Numbered from the stretch's first letter, positions 1 through 13,995 are shown. The stretch: DNA of 64,000 bases from Mobula hypostoma (GCF_963921235.1 NC_086097.1:151406001-151470000), one strand, 5' to 3'. Notes: generated by a model not told the origin, from the sequence alone. Program-made: numbers and translations.

Positions 1-109
1 TTGATTCCGTTATGGGTTGAGTATGCCTGCAAGAAAATGAATCTCAGGCTTCTATATGGTGTCATATATGTACTTTGATAATAAACTTACTTTGAACTTT
101 GGATTCTCT

Positions 110-660
110 CTAAGGCAGTAAATCTTTCCTTGGATACAAGTCCCAAAATTGGTCATAATATTCCCATGTGCGATCTTAACAGCACCTTATAAAGTCTCAG
201 TAATAAATCCTTATTTTTGCATTTTACTCCTTTGAAATTACTGCTAACATTGCTTAACTCTTTATTCTAGGTTTCTAGTATCTGCAGTTTTTTTTTAAAG
301 TTTACTGTAACATTTTGACTGATTACGTTCTGTCAACTCAACCTGCAAGTTAACCTGAAGAAAATTCTGAACTCGGACTTCCAAATCCTTTTGCACCGCT
401 GATTTCCAAATTTTCTCTCTATTTAGAAAATAGTCTACATCTATGTTCCTGCCAAAGTGTATCTCTCACTTTCCTACTCAATCTCCCAACTGCCCAAATC
501 CTTCAGCAGACCACTCCTTCTGCGATATTACTTGTTCCTTCGCCCATCTTGGTACTGTCTGCAAACTTGGCCATATTTCCTTCATCCAGGTCATTAACAT
601 ATAAAGTAACTAAGTTGTGTTCCCAATCCTGACTCCTGCAGTAGTTCGCTAGGCACTGGC
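110..660 (-). mobile_element. Degenerate CR1 LINE fragment (RT C-terminal region)
   Basis: Resembles the reverse complement of the CR1 ORF2 3' region seen at 18400-19000. Confidence 0.6.
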
Positions 661-1188
661 AGCCATCCTGAAGATGAATCTCCCACTACTGCTTCTCATC
701 GTTATTTTGTTACCTGTACTTCCCAGCAGTGTCTTATGCCACTTTTCTGCCCAGTTAGACAGTACATTGCTACTTCCATGCAGTCTGATAATAATGTATT
801 CCCTATCAACCATATACTTGTTTTTGTATAATGCTTATCTTGCTTCACTGCAAGCCAATTCATTCATGTGTATCTCATAAATCAAGATATATGGAACTGA
901 TTTCTGCAATATCTCCCTGGAATTGGTCGTCTACTCAAATATCAGCTGCCATTATCATTTGTCACAGATCCAATTAATCTTCCTATTTAAATTTATAGGT
1001 TGTTAGTTTTGAGTATACCCTGTGAAGGCTTGATATAAGTCTTGTCTTCTACATAATCACCTATGATGCCCTCATTTATACCGCTTTACCCAAATGTAGC
1101 TAGCCTCATTAACTGACCTTCATGTTTCTAATTGACAATTGTCTGTCAGAATGCTTCAGTAAAAGTATTTGTCCTCTGAGATTATACT

Positions 1189-1381
1189 AAAACTCAAAAT
1201 AAAATGGAGATGCTGGAAATCTGAATCAAAAGCAAAAATGCTGAAACACAGATCAGGTAGCATTTATGGAAGGAGGAATGTGGATCACTAGATTCCTGGT
1301 TCTGACGAAAGATTTTGAGTCTAGAACATTTTCTTCACTCTCGTGCTCTTGGGCCTACTAGCACTTTCTGCTTTTGTGTCA
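1189..1381. mobile_element. Old miniature Penelope-like insertion with inverted arms
   Basis: Left arm gagatgctggaaatctga... and oppositely oriented right arm with a degenerate ctgacgaa hammerhead remnant. Flanked by agattatact (1179-1188) and agattagact (1382-1391). Confidence 0.5.
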
Positions 1382-1779
1382 AGATTAGACTTACAATTTT
1401 TTGTACTATTGGTTTTGCTTTCTCTGTTCGATTAATAAACTTACTTTAAACATTAACTAGTGACATAGTACAAATGTCACCATATACTACCCTGAGATTA
1501 TTTTGTTTGTCGGCATTCAAATTTATTGTCTTTCAACTGTATGCATGTATATCATCAAACAAAACAACGTTCCTCTGGACCAAGGTGCACAACATAGTAC
1601 ATAACCCACAACACAAAGTAATATTACCAAAAATAAAGTAACAAATAATAAAAATGTATTCTAGAAGATTGATATTTGGCACGAGGTACATTTATGACAC
1701 AAAATTTAAAAACTAAACAGTACAATACTATCGGCATATCCTAAGTGTTAAGATCTGGGCGTAGCAGGGAGTTCAGTAA

Positions 1780-2270
1780 GACCATAAGCCATAGAAGCAG
1801 AATTAGACCATTCAGCCCATCAAGTCTGCTCCACCATTCCATCATGGCTGATCCTGGATCCCACATAACCACATACACCTGCCTTCTTGCCATATCCCTT
1901 GATGCTCTGACCCATCAGGAAGCTTTCAACTTCCTCCTTAAATATACCCATGGCCTTCGCTATAGTCTGTGGCACAGCAATCCACGGATTTACTACTCTC
2001 TGGCTAAAAAAAAAATCCTCCTTACCTCTGTTCTAAAAGGTCGCCCCTCAATTTTGAGGCTGTGCCTCCAGTTCTGGATACTCCCACCATAGGAAACATC
2101 CTCTTCACATGCACCTTATCTACTCTTTTCCACATTCAGTAGGTTTCAGTGAGATCCCCCACATTCATTTAAACTCCAGTGAGTACAGACTCAAAAGCTG
2201 CCAAATGCTCATCAAATGTTAACCCCTTTCTTCCCGGAATCAACCTTGTGAACCTCCTCTGGACTCGCTC
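1780..2270 (-). mobile_element. CR1 LINE 3' end
   Basis: accataagccatag tail and reverse complement of the CR1 3' UTR/ORF2 end. Confidence 0.75.
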
Positions 2271-2539
2271 CGACAGGAACATAGTAGTCTCGCGGCCTGG
2301 GGAAAGAAGCTGTGTCCCATTCTAATAGTTACCTTCTCCTAATGCTGTGGTACATCCTGCATGATGGTAGCGGTTCAAAGGGATTGTGGGATAGATGGGA
2401 GGGATCCTTAATGCTAAGGGCTCTGTACTCTTGATAAATATCTAGATGGGTGGAAGAGAGAGCCCGATGATCCTCTCAGTAGTCCTCAATTTTTTGTAAC
2501 CTGGTACTTGTAACTCTCCATGGAGGAGCTGTTTATGTG

Positions 2540-3530
2540 CAGTGAAAAGTGCACATAAATACACTGTAAATACAAAGAAACAAAATGGGAAAAACTGCAC
2601 ACAAGGCGGACAAGCAACCAGTATGCAAAAAGAAACAACTATTTGTGCAAATAATAAAAGGAAAAGGACAAAATAATAATAAGTAATAAACATTGAGAAC
2701 ATGAGTTGTAGAGTCCTTGAAACTGAGTCCATTGACAAAGAATCACTTTATTGTTGCAGTGAGTGAAGTTACCTCACTCTGGTTCAGGAGTCTAATGTTT
2801 GAGGAATAATAATAGTTCTTTAATCTGGTGGTCTGAGTCCTTTGGTTCGTGTACCTCCTTCCTGATAGCAGCGAGATGCAAGCATGGCTTGGCTAGTGGG
2901 GTCCTTGAAGTATGCTCCTTTCCCGCAACAGTATTCCTTGTAGATGTGCTCAACAGTGGGAGAGGGATTTGCCTATGATGGAGTAGTCTGTATCCACTCC
3001 TTCGTTTAAACATTTTCATTACTGGGTATCGGTGTTTCCGTGTTAGGCCATGATGGAACCAGTGAGGATACCCTGCACCGTGCACTTAGAGAAGTTTGTT
3101 GAAAGTTTTTGATGGTATGCTGAATCTTCGCAAACTTCCACGAAAGAGGTGCTGTTGGACCTTCTTTGTTAAGGCACATATGTGTTGGACCCAGGACAGA
3201 TCCTCTGAAATTATAATATCAAGGAATTTAATATTACTGATGCTTTCTACCTCTGACCCACTGATGAGGACTGGCCCATGGACCTCTAGTTTCCTCCTGC
3301 TGTAGTCAATAGTCAACTCTGGTTTTGCTGACGTTGAGTGAGACGTTGGTGTGGCACTCTTCAGCCATATTTTCAGTCTCCCTCTTCTTCAGCATCGTTG
3401 ATTTGGCAAACAACAGTGGTATTGTCAACAAACTCAAGTATTGCATAGGTGCTATACTTGGTATAAAGGGAGTAGAGCAAATGGCTAAGCACACAGCTTT
3501 GTGCATCTGTGCTGGTAGTGATTGTGGAAG
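2540..3530 (-). mobile_element. Rex1/Babar-like (L2/CR1 group) LINE 3' fragment
   Basis: Minus-strand ORFs 3086..3316 (PVLISGSEVE..IKFLDIIISEDLSW..H..ALTKKVQQHL) and 2792..3085 (PHH.L..LLSGRRY-like) resemble this family's RT C-terminus. Confidence 0.7.
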
Positions 3531-3611
3531 GTAATAATTAAATCACCTTAACACGACTGCTTGGAGATAACTAGAAAATAATTTGTAAGCCAAGTGATAT
3601 TTTTCATAAAT

Positions 3612-4103
3612 ATATCCGGCGTCTATTTTTATTAGGTACCACATGTACCTAATAAATAGGCTACCAACTATATGTTCGTTGTCTTCTGTTGCTGTAGCCC
3701 TTCCATTTCAGTAGATGTGTTGAGTGTTCAGCTGCTCTTCTGCACACCACTGTAGTAACACATAATTATTTGAGTTACTGTCACCTTCCTGACATCTTGA
3801 ACCAGTCTGGCCATTCTCCTCTGACCTCTCGCATCATCAAGTCATCTTTGTCCACAGAACTGCTGCTTGTTGGATGTTTTTTGTTTCTCACACCATTTTC
3901 TGTAAACTCCCTGTCAACAACTATTATTCTAAGGTCCAAGTCGCTTAGATTACATTTCTTCCCCATTCTGATGTTTGGTCTGAACAATTGAACCTCTTGA
4001 TCATGTCTGCTTGCTCTTATGCATTGAGTTGCTGCTGCATGATTGGCTGGTTAGATATCTGTATTAATGAGCAGGCATGCCTAATAATGTAGCCACTGAA
4101 TGT
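3612..4103 (-). mobile_element. Non-autonomous Tc1-like DNA transposon
   Basis: Degenerate TIRs (tttattaggtac... / ...cctaataatgtagccactgaatgta). Minus-strand ORF 3781..3987 MGKKCNLSDLDLRIIV resembles the Tc1 transposase N-terminal HTH. Confidence 0.7.
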
Positions 4104-4367
4104 ATATGCTACAAATGCAAATGGTTGTAAATTCACATTGGATGGCCAAGAATATGTTAACAGTTTGCCTTGAAAGCAAATAATTTAGCAGCTGGATTAC
4201 AGTTGGACTTATTCTAGGAAAGTTGAAACCAATCAAGAGGATTTGAATAGCTAGGATAGAAATGCAACTTCAGTTATATAATTGTTTACACAAATGCAGG
4301 GATAATGAATGGATTTTCTATTAAAAATTGGGAAATGTCTGTAATCATTGATATTTTTATCTTGCAG

Positions 4368-4486
4368 AGATAACAAAAATAGAGGCAGGAGAAGGAAGTG
4401 ATGAGGAGAAGTTTGTGGATGTTGTCAGTAATAAAAACATGAAGCTCGCTCAAAAAGTGTTAATTCCTGTTAAACAATTTCCAAAG
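4368..4486 (+). CDS. KHDRBS3: KHDRBS3 (SLM2/T-STAR) coding exon 2: end of QUA1 and start of KH domain, (E)[39 protein letters not shown]
   Basis: Acceptor cttgcag| and donor |gtaagc. 119 nt, phase 1 to 0. Translation matches STAR-family KHDRBS3 ([18 protein letters not shown]). Confidence 0.93.
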
Positions 4487-4689
4487 GTAAGCAACTAGAT
4501 TACATTCATTTTTGGGGGGGAGAAAAGGATTTTGGTTTGAATTCCACTAAATAGTTTAAAGACTATACTGTAGATAATGAAACATAGGAGTAAGCAAATT
4601 GATTCTTTTAATTTTTGGTTGTGCGACTTGCATATTGTTGTGATTTATAAAGGGATTTGCAGGGCTTTAGTTTTTGATTTGTTTCATAT

Positions 4690-5600
4690 TGTTATTGAGC
4701 ACTACATTACCGAAACTAGTTTATCTAGTCTATGCCAAACTTTTATTCTGCCCAGGATCATCGACTTGCACCTCTGTACCCCTCCCCTCTATGTACTTAT
4801 CCAAACTTTTCTTAAATGCTGAAATCGAATTTACATCCACCAGTTGTGCTGGTAGCTCATTCCATACTCGCCACCCTCTGAGTGAAGATCCTCTTCCTGA
4901 TTCCCTTAAACATTTCATCTTTCACCCTTAGCCCATGACCTCAGTGGAAATAACCTGCTTGCATTTACCTTATCTGCACCCCTCATAATTTGTATACCTC
5001 TAACAAATCTCCCTTCATTCTCTTATGCTCTGGAGAATGAAGTCCGAACCGATTCAAACTTTCTCTATATCTCAGACCCTCAAGTCCTGGCAACATCCTT
5101 GTAAATTTTCTGTGTTCTTTCAATCTTACTGATATCTTTCCTGTAGATAGTTGACCAGAATTGCACATAGTACTTTAAATTAAGCCTCACCAGCATATTA
5201 TACAGCTTCAACATAACATCCCAATGCCAGTACTCGTACTTTGATTTATGAAGGCCCATGTACCAAAAGCTCTTTTTATGACCCTAACTATCCATGACGT
5301 CACTTTCAGGGAATCTGGATTCCCAGATTCCTCTATGCTATTGCACTCCTCGGTGCCCTACTATTCACTGTTCAAGTTCTACCTTGGATGTCCTCCCAAT
5401 GTGCAACAACTCGTACTTCTCTGCATTAAACTCCATCTGCCATTTTTTTGGCCTCTTGTTCCAGCGGGCCCAGATCCCATTGCAAGCTTTAGCCTTCCTC
5501 TCTGTCCATTACCCACCCCACCCCCCCCCCCAGTCTTGGTGTCATCTGCAAATATACTGATCCAGTTTTATCACATTGTCATCCAAGTCATTGAAACAGA
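4690..5600 (-). mobile_element. CR1 LINE 3' fragment
   Basis: ORFs 4730..4918 (VWNELP...FKKSLDKY) and 4983..5168 (RKFTRMLPGLEGLRYRE). Confidence 0.85.
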
Positions 5601-8600
5601 TTGCAAACATTGTTTTTAGTACCTTATTTTGTTTCTTCCCAATTTTTTTATTGGATAGTAGACAACATAATTTACCATGGTTTTAAGTTTTTTGTTTAGG
5701 AATTTTACTTTCAAAGATCATACCACTTGACACAAATGTAACCAGGGCTTTGTATTAAGTCTTCATTAGTTCATTGTGCTTCAACAGGAGTTCTGCCAGT
5801 TGGAAATAAAAATCTTCCCTGGTAGACCAGCACTATCCAGCCATTAGTTTGGTTTACTACTTTTGATTTGTATTATGATTAAGAATCAATACTTTCAGTG
5901 CAAATTCTAATCTGGTTGCTAAGATGACGGTGAAATCATTTTCTGCAAATGTGTAAAATCTCTTAAACAGCAAAAATTGCTGTAACTAAATGGTGTGAAA
6001 CTAAGCAGTTTGTTGGAAAGGATGTGCTATGTTAGAACAGTATTGCATTTGAATTTGGGGGGAACACGGTAATGCTTTTGTTGCTTTATTCTATTTATTA
6101 AAATAACAATAGCCAATAACTTGATTTTGATGTTGGAGAAATTATGTTGACGTTTGATGTGTTTACCTCTTGCCAAAGAGTTATACACATCTCTGTGATT
6201 TTAAAGTGCACTGAAACTTGAGTGCATTTAAAATCAGGTGTATTTTTTTCCACAGCTATATGCGGTTGAAGATTTGCATTTGTTCCATTTCTTTAACAGA
6301 TCATGAGAATTTAACTGAGTGTATAGCCCATTTGGTCACTCCTCTATTATTAGGGTGAAAGTGCTACTTTCCTGAATATTCCATGTCCTCTGGTTTCCTT
6401 AATGTCTCATATTATATACTTCTCATGTGTATATAAAAAAAAAATTAATTCAAAAGATTTGCCACTTTCTTGAGTGAAGAAACTTCTTTTCCTCTTAAAG
6501 TCTATTCCTTATTTTGAGGCTGACTTCAAATTCTGGACTCCTTGGTAAGAGAACATTCCAGCCTGCCAATTCGAGTAAGAATGTTCAATTAGATTTTTTT
6601 TCAAGTTCCTTGAATATCATCTAATATGCTTGATATCTCCTCATGTGATAAACCAGACACATTAGAGCTGGTCTAATGAATCTTCACTGTGTTCCATCTG
6701 TGGTAGCTGTATCCTTACTGTAGCTGTGTTTCACCTGGACCCTTTATAATTCCTTATTGACGTATTGAAGTTCTCTTGTAATATAAGCTAATATACAATT
6801 TGCATCCCAAGTTGCTGCTTGTACCCACACTTTGAGTCTCATAACTTGCTTATGAGCACACTTGGGTACTTTAAATCATTAATGTACTCACACTCTTACT
6901 GTGTTTAAAAAAAAATAAATAAACTTGTTTTTTTGCATTATGTGTAGATGAACTTTGGTTATGTTCTCTCCTGTGAACTCAGCTTGTTCGTGTTTCCTGA
7001 GGCCTGTTTACGTCGTGTTCCGTACTTTTAAATTTACTATTTAATTTAGTATCACCTGTAAAACTGGAAATAAGTTATTTTATTTCCAAAGACAAATTAT
7101 TAATCTAGAGGACAAGTATCTTTGTGGGTACTGGTCCCTGTTGTACCCTATCAGAGACTGTATGTGTGTAGGATCTGTTTATTTCCACCCCACTACCACC
7201 ATTTGATTTAGTTACATGAATGAATTTTCTTTTCTAGTAAACATATTGACCCCAATTCCTTTCATGCTAACTTGTTGAAATCAAAAAGCCCTCCAGAAAT
7301 TACATGTACCACATCCACTTGGCCCCCTTTGTCCATTCTACTAGTACTAGTCATATCCTCAAAGAATAGTTCATTCGACTATTCTACAACTATTTTCTTT
7401 TCAAGGTATTCTTTTGTTACATCATTCATTATGGACTCCAGTAATTTCCTGACGAATGTTAGGATAATTTGCATTTCCTGTCATGAGTCATCTTGTCCCT
7501 CTTGTGACCCTGACACACCATCTTTTTTGAATTGCTTGCATGTTTCTACTTTCTTTTTAATGTAATGGTCGAATCAGAGTTATGTTATCCTAAAAGTTCC
7601 TAATGGTATTCTTACTCATACAACATCTTTGCTTCTTCAGGTCATTAATTCCTCTCCCTCCCCCAGCATTGGCTTCCATTACGATGTAGAGCTGTACTCC
7701 TGAACCTCCATTCTAAGTATTCCCACATCCCCACTCCATTCTTCCTGTCTGTTGGAAGAACATGTTCATCCCCATCCCAGCCTCTGATCCTCCTTATCTC
7801 CTTTGTTTCTTTTCTCAGGATCCCCAATTAACTGTACAAATTATTAAATATGGGAATATCCAACCACGCTACCCAATTTACCATTTCTTTGCCCAATTTG
7901 GCACTTGTTGATCTTGACTCTTGTCCTTGTAAGTAGAATACTTGAGCTTTATTTGCAAGTGAATTTTATTGCTGTGGGGGATGGACCAAATTTGACTGCA
8001 TTAAATTCTTGAGCGACTATATTTCGTTCTAAGACCTTAATGTTTTCTGTATTTCGGGGAAAGTGTTTTAAGTTATTTAGTTTAAATGATGTAACATAAA
8101 TTTTCAAGCTCTCATGCCCATCAAGGGCAGGAAGAAGACAGGGATTCAAATCTTAACATTTCAAGACCTTACATCCTGGCATTCTTGATCTCTAATATTA
8201 ACAATGACAATTCTGGAACATGTAAAGACTCCTAAGAAAAATGTGCATCTTTGAGTCTTTTATTATGTGGGAAACACCGCAGAAAGCCAAAATAGAAATG
8301 TGGTAGCTAGATGCATTTATGTTTTTTCTGAATTTGGTTGAAAGGTAAATATTTCACTTTACACTGGATAGAACTCTGCTGCTATCCATTGAAACGCTTT
8401 AAGTTTTTCTGAGGGGGTGTAAAGGACTCCACTTAGTTTTAGCTGAAAATTGTATCTCAGGAATTACAGAATGAAAACATCAGCCTAGATTTTCCCCCCC
8501 TATTGCTCGTAGAGGAAAAATACTCAAAGTATAAAATAAAAAAAAAGATTGGCTTATAAAATTTTCTATTTCTAAAGATTACTTTGAGAAAAATATTTTG

Positions 8601-9344
8601 GGGCAAAATAATAGGCTTTTATTTATGTCCTGCATACTTTGTGCATCTGAATACAACCTAACTAGCTTTAGTTTATTAAATAAAGAATCAGTGCATTTAT
8701 TGATGATGATTTAGTGGTGGTAACCACTAAGTGCTAGTGATAACAGCTGTTTGTTCTTCCCTGATGGTCTGCGTGCAATAAGAAAATAATAATGAGACAG
8801 ACCTAGAAATGGTATATGAGCCCTTGCAGTCCTCAACATTGACATCAGGCCATGGGCAAGGAAACCATCTACTAATAGTATCTACTAGCCTCTCTCAACT
8901 AATGAATTTGTACTTCACTCATTTTCAATGGCATTTGGAAGAAACACTGGAAGTAGAAAGGGTTCTGGGTTGGAGACTTCAGTCTCTATTGGTAAGATTG
9001 GCTGCTGCTTGCGAGTGCTGCCTAAATTCTGAAGGTCATGATTTCCAGACCAGGTCTGTGCAGGTAGTGGGTGAACTGATATGAGGCATAATTCAACTTG
9101 ACCTTGTCTATACAATCTTAACCTTTGATACTGGCACCTTTCCATTCTGTTAGAAATGATTACAAGTGAAGAGACGGTTACCCTTTTCACGGCCACCTAG
9201 CCTTCATCTTCTTTTGTGCTACTACAATTGTGCTAAATGAGAAAGACTGAACAGATGTGGCAGCTGAAAACTGGGCATTCGTCAGGCATAAAGCAGAACT
9301 GCACACCTCCATAATTAGAAACCTTGGCCTAGGTATATCCCTAA

Positions 9345-10300
9345 TCTAGAACATAGAACACCTACAGAATAATACAGGTCCTTCGGTCCACAAAGCTGTG
9401 CCGAACATGTCCTTACCTTAGAAATTACCTAGGGTTACCCATAGCCCTCTATTTTTCCAAGCTCCATGTACCTATTCAAGAGTCTCTTAAAAGACCCTAT
9501 CATATCTGCCTCCGCCACCGTCTCAGGCAGCCCATTCCATGCATTCACATTAAAAAAAAAACCTGCATTAAAAAAAAATCTTACCCCTGACATCTCCTCT
9601 GTACCTACTTCCAAGCACCTTAAAACTGTACCCTCTCGTGCCAGCCATCTCAGCCCTGGGAAAAAGCCTCTGACTATCCACATGATCAATGCCTCTCATC
9701 ATCTCATACACCTCTATCAGGTCACCTCTCATATTCCGTCACTCCAAGGAAAGAAGGCCGAGTTCATTCAATATTCTATTCTCATAAGGCATGCTCCCCA
9801 ATCCAGGCAACATTCTTGTAAATCTCCTCTGCACCCTTTTTTTGGTTTCCCTATCCTTCCTACAGTGAGGCGACCAGAACTGAGCACAGTACTCCAAGTG
9901 GGGTCTGACCAGGGTCCTATATAGTTGCAACATTACCGCTGGGCTCCTAAACTCAGTCCTACAATTGAGGAAGGCCAGTGCACTATATGCCTTCATAACC
10001 ACAAAGTCAACCTGTGCAGCAGCTTTGAGTGTCCTATGGACTTGGACCCCAAGATCCCTCTGATCCTCCATACTGTCAAGAGTCTTACCATTAATACTAT
10101 ATTCTGCCATCATATTTGACGTACCAAAATGAACTACCTCACACTTATCTGGGTTGAACTCCATCTGCCACTTCTTAGCCCAGTTTTGCATTCTATGAAG
10201 GTCCCGCTGACAGACCTCCACACTATCTCCACACACCCCCATCTTTTGTGTCATCAGCAAATTTAATAACTCATCCCTCCACTTCCTCATTCAGGTCATT
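9345..10300 (-). mobile_element. CR1 LINE 3' fragment
   Basis: ORF 9739..10290 (WQMEFNPDKCEVVHFG...LYRTLVRPHLEYCAQFWSP). agaacatagaac tail at the left end. Confidence 0.9.
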
Positions 10301-10919
10301 TATGAAAATATAATAGTAATCTATTGTTATTAAGGCAGGAGATCCACCCTGGTTCTGTGAGGACTGCAGAGGGTATGCAGGGAGTAACTGTAGGCTTGCA
10401 TTAAAAAATACTGGTTTAGTGAGGTTGTAATATGACCTAACTTAAGATTCAAAATCAGCTTGTAGTAAATAGAATAAAGTGTTCTTGCAACTAATGGGTC
10501 AGGATCTACAATCCTGAATGGTGATAGACAGTTACACAGCCGAGGAGGATGCTCCATCTTCAACAGTAGTGAGGCCCACTTTAATGCAGCCAAGAGAAAT
10601 TAATACATATCTCTGTCTCTGTTTTCTCCTGAGTTTTCCACCATCACGTAACCCAGTTTTTAGGCAATTCAGTTCATCTATTGGATTTCAGACCAGGTAA
10701 TCATTACCCCATCAGCAAAATGATAGAGACTTTGTCTACAATTTTATTAACTGCCTCTTGTTTACTGATGCAAAATGGGCTTTGTCAGCCTTCATATAAC
10801 TATGAGTCAAAAAACTGGATTCCAGAAATTTGCTGACTCTGATTGTATTAAAGAATCCTGGTTAAGTCAAAGTTGGTAGCTATCAAGGAGAAAACACTTG
10901 GTTGGAGTGATGCCACACA

Positions 10920-11092
10920 AAAGATGATGAAGGGTTTTGGCCCAAAATGTCAAAGTCCTGAAAGGGATCTTGACTGAAACATTAACAGTTTATTCCCCTC
11001 TATATATGCTGCCTGACTTGCAGAGTTCCTCCAGTATTTATTTTGTGCATAGTGCTCAAGATTTTCAGCATCTGCAAAATCTTTTGCGTTTA
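10920..11092 (+). mobile_element. Penelope-like 3' end fragment with two tandem degenerate hammerhead motifs
   Basis: tgatgaagggttttggcccaaaatgtc followed by agtcctgaaagggatcttgactgaaac, then the atgctgcctgac...cagcatctgca tail. Confidence 0.65.
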
Positions 11093-11221
11093 CAAAAGAC
11101 GTTTGTAATCGCTTTCATTGTTCAATTAGCCCAGTCCAGGAGGTTTTGGGGCCCAGTTCTCTTCAGCTGCTTCATCAAACTTGCTTTCTGTCAAAATGTC
11201 AAAAATGCGGCTACTCTCTGA

Positions 11222-12778
11222 ATACAGGGCGTTCCCTCGGACCTTGAAGGAGACTGGTGTTGAAATTGCAGGGGCCCTGGCAGAAATATGTTAAATGTCG
11301 CTGTCTACAGGTGAGGTGCTGGAGAATTGGTGAGTGGCTCATGTTGTTCTGTTGTTTAAAAAAGGATCGAAAAGTAATCCGGGAAATTATAGGCCAGTAA
11401 ATTTAACGTCGGTAGTAGGTAAGTTATTGGAGGGAGTACTAAGAGACAGAATCTACAAGCATTTGGATAGACAGGGACTTATTAGGGAGAGTCAATATGG
11501 TTTTGTGCGTGGTAGGTCATGTTTGACCAATCTATTGGAGTTTTTTGAGGAGGTTACCACGAAAATAGATGAAGGGAAGACAGTGGATATTGTCTACATG
11601 GACTTCAGTAAGGCCTTTAACAAGGTCCCGCATGGGAGGTTAGTTAGGAAAATTCAGTTGCTAGGTATACATGGAGAGGTGGTAAATTGGATTAGACATT
11701 GGCTCAATGGAAGAAGCCAAAGAGTGGTAGTAGAGAATTGCTTCTCAGAATGGAGATCTGTGACTAGTGGTGTGCCACAGGGATCAGTGCTGGGTCCATT
11801 GTTATTTGTCATCTATATCAATGATCTGGATGATAATGTGGTAAATTGGATCAGCAACTTTGCTAATGATACAAAGATTGGAGGGGTAGTAGACAGTGAG
11901 GAAGGTTTTCAGAGCCTGTAGAGGGACTTGGACCAGCTGGAAAAATGGGCTGAAAAATGGCAGATGGAGTTTAATACAGACAAGTGTGAGGTATTGCACG
12001 TTGGAAGGACAAACCAAGGTTGAACATACAGGGTTAATGGTAAGGCACTGAGGAGTGCAGTGGAACAGAGGGATCTGGGAATACAGATACAAAATTCCCT
12101 AAAAGTGGCGTCACAGGGAGATAGGGTCGTAAAGAGAGCTTTTGGTACATTGGCCTTTATTAATCAAAGTATTGAGTATAAGAGCTGGAATGTTATGATG
12201 AGATTGTATAAGGCATTGGTGAGGCTGAATCTGGAGTATTGTGTTCAGTTTTGGTCACCAAATTACAGGAAGGATATAAATAAGGTTGAAAGAGTGCAGA
12301 GAAGGTTTACAAGGATGTTGCCGGGACTTGAGAAACTCAGTTACAGAGAAAGGTTGAATAGGTTAGGACTTTATTCCCTGGAGCGTAGAAGAATGAGGGG
12401 AGATTTGATAGAGGTATATAAAATTATGATGGGTATAGATAGAGTGAATGCAAGCAGGCTTTTTCCACTGAGACAAGGGGAGAAAAAAACCAGAGGACAT
12501 GGGTTAAGGGTGAGGGGGGAAAAGTTTAAAGGGAACATTGTGGGGGGGCTTCTTCACACAGAGAGTGGTGGGTGTATGGAATGAGCTGCCAGATGAGGTG
12601 GTAAATGCGGGTTCTTTTTTAACATTTAAGAATAAATTGGACAGATACATGGATGGGAGGTGTATGGAGGGATATGGTCCATGTGCAGGTCAGTGGGACT
12701 AGGCAGAAAATGGTTCGGCACAGCCAAGAAGGGCCAAAAGGCCTGTTTCTGTGCTGTAGTTTTTATGGTTTATGGTTT
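11222..12778 (+). mobile_element. Young 5'-truncated CR1 LINE (RT domain to 3' end)
   Basis: ORFs 11334..11921 (NYRPVNLTSVVGK, YMDFSKAF, GVPQGSVLGPLLF, FANDTK) and 12060..12584. ttatggtttatggttt tail. Confidence 0.95.
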
Positions 12779-13549
12779 ACATAATGTTTAATTTTTCACC
12801 AGAGTTCAATCAGTTAATACAATAGGACCGGAAGTGAATCAGTCTATACCAGCATACAAGGCCGAGACAACATTCGTACACAGGCTGATCATTGACATTT
12901 ATTTATGCCGAAACATGGTAGGCAATGTCCAGCTCCATTAAGCAAAAGTCTTGCCATCAACCTCTGGCATTTAGTGGCATTTCCACCTTCAAAGTCTTCC
13001 ACCATCAAAATCCTCAGGATCACTATCAACCAGAACCTCAATTGGATCAGCTGTATACATACTGAAAGTACTAATCCAAATCAGAGGCTGGGTGCCATGT
13101 AGCAAGTGATTGCTCAAAGCCTTCTGCCCATCTATAAGGAAATTGCTGAAGTTAATTCTATAGCACTTCACAAACTCAACAGTCTACCACGAAGATGAAC
13201 TCTGGCAATCTGAGTTGGGCCACAACTTCATCTGCAATTGCCCTTCCAAATGTTAATCCATCCTTGCTTGCTTCACCATAACTGGTATAACTTCTGGAGA
13301 GTCCCACATTAAATGAAATTAGTTGTTCCAGCAAACAGCTCTTCACAATCTCTCAAATACAGTTAGGAATGGGCAGTTAATATTGACTTACCAGTGACAT
13401 CCAAATTCCCCCCCAAAAATGTATAAATGAAGTGTAGAACGTATAATTTATTTTAATTTGAACAGAAAGTACTGAGAATGATTGATTAAATATTAAAATG
13501 ATCCAGAAATTCTAGTTACTCGTGGGGAAACCAGAACAAGAGAACAGAA

Positions 13550-13995
13550 GTAACCATATAACATATAATCATATAACAATTACAGCACGGAAACAGGCCA
13601 TCTCGGCCCTTCTAGTCCGTGCCGAACTCTTACTCTCACCTAGTCCCACCAACCTGCACTCAGCCTATAACCCTCGATTCCTTTCCTGTCCATGTATCTA
13701 TCCAATTTAACTTTAAATGACAACAACAAACCTGCCTCAACCACTTCTGCTAGAAGCTCGTTCCACACAGCTACCACTCTCTGAGTAAAGAAGTTCCCCC
13801 TCATGTTACCCCTAAACTTTTGTGCTTTAACTCTCAACTCATGTCCTCTTGTTTGAATCTCCCGCACTCTCAATGGAAAAAACCTATCCACGTCAACTCT
13901 ATCTGTCCCCCTCATAATTTTAAATACCTCTATCAAGTCCCCCCTCAACCTTCTACGCTCCAAAGAATAAAGACCTAACTTGTTCAACCTTTTGT
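13550..13995 (-). mobile_element. CR1 LINE 3' end
   Basis: ORF 13640..13987 (LYSLERRRLRGDLIEVFKIM...FFTQRVVAVWNEL). aaccatataacatat tail. Confidence 0.9.

Larger units (their letters stand above)
8760..13410 (+). mobile_element. Ancient, highly decayed CR1/L2-group LINE, interrupted by younger CR1 and Penelope insertions
   Basis: Endonuclease-like remnant near 8850-9100 (HGQGNHLLI...HLEETLEV), RT remnant near 11150 (GPVLFSCFI), ILRITINQNLNW near 13010, and a 3' end near 13360-13410 matching the reverse-oriented copy near 61420. Confidence 0.5.

Noticed and set aside
8809..9196. ORFs 8809..9084 and 8915..9196 as novel exons
   Set aside because: Better explained as the decayed endonuclease region of an old LINE.
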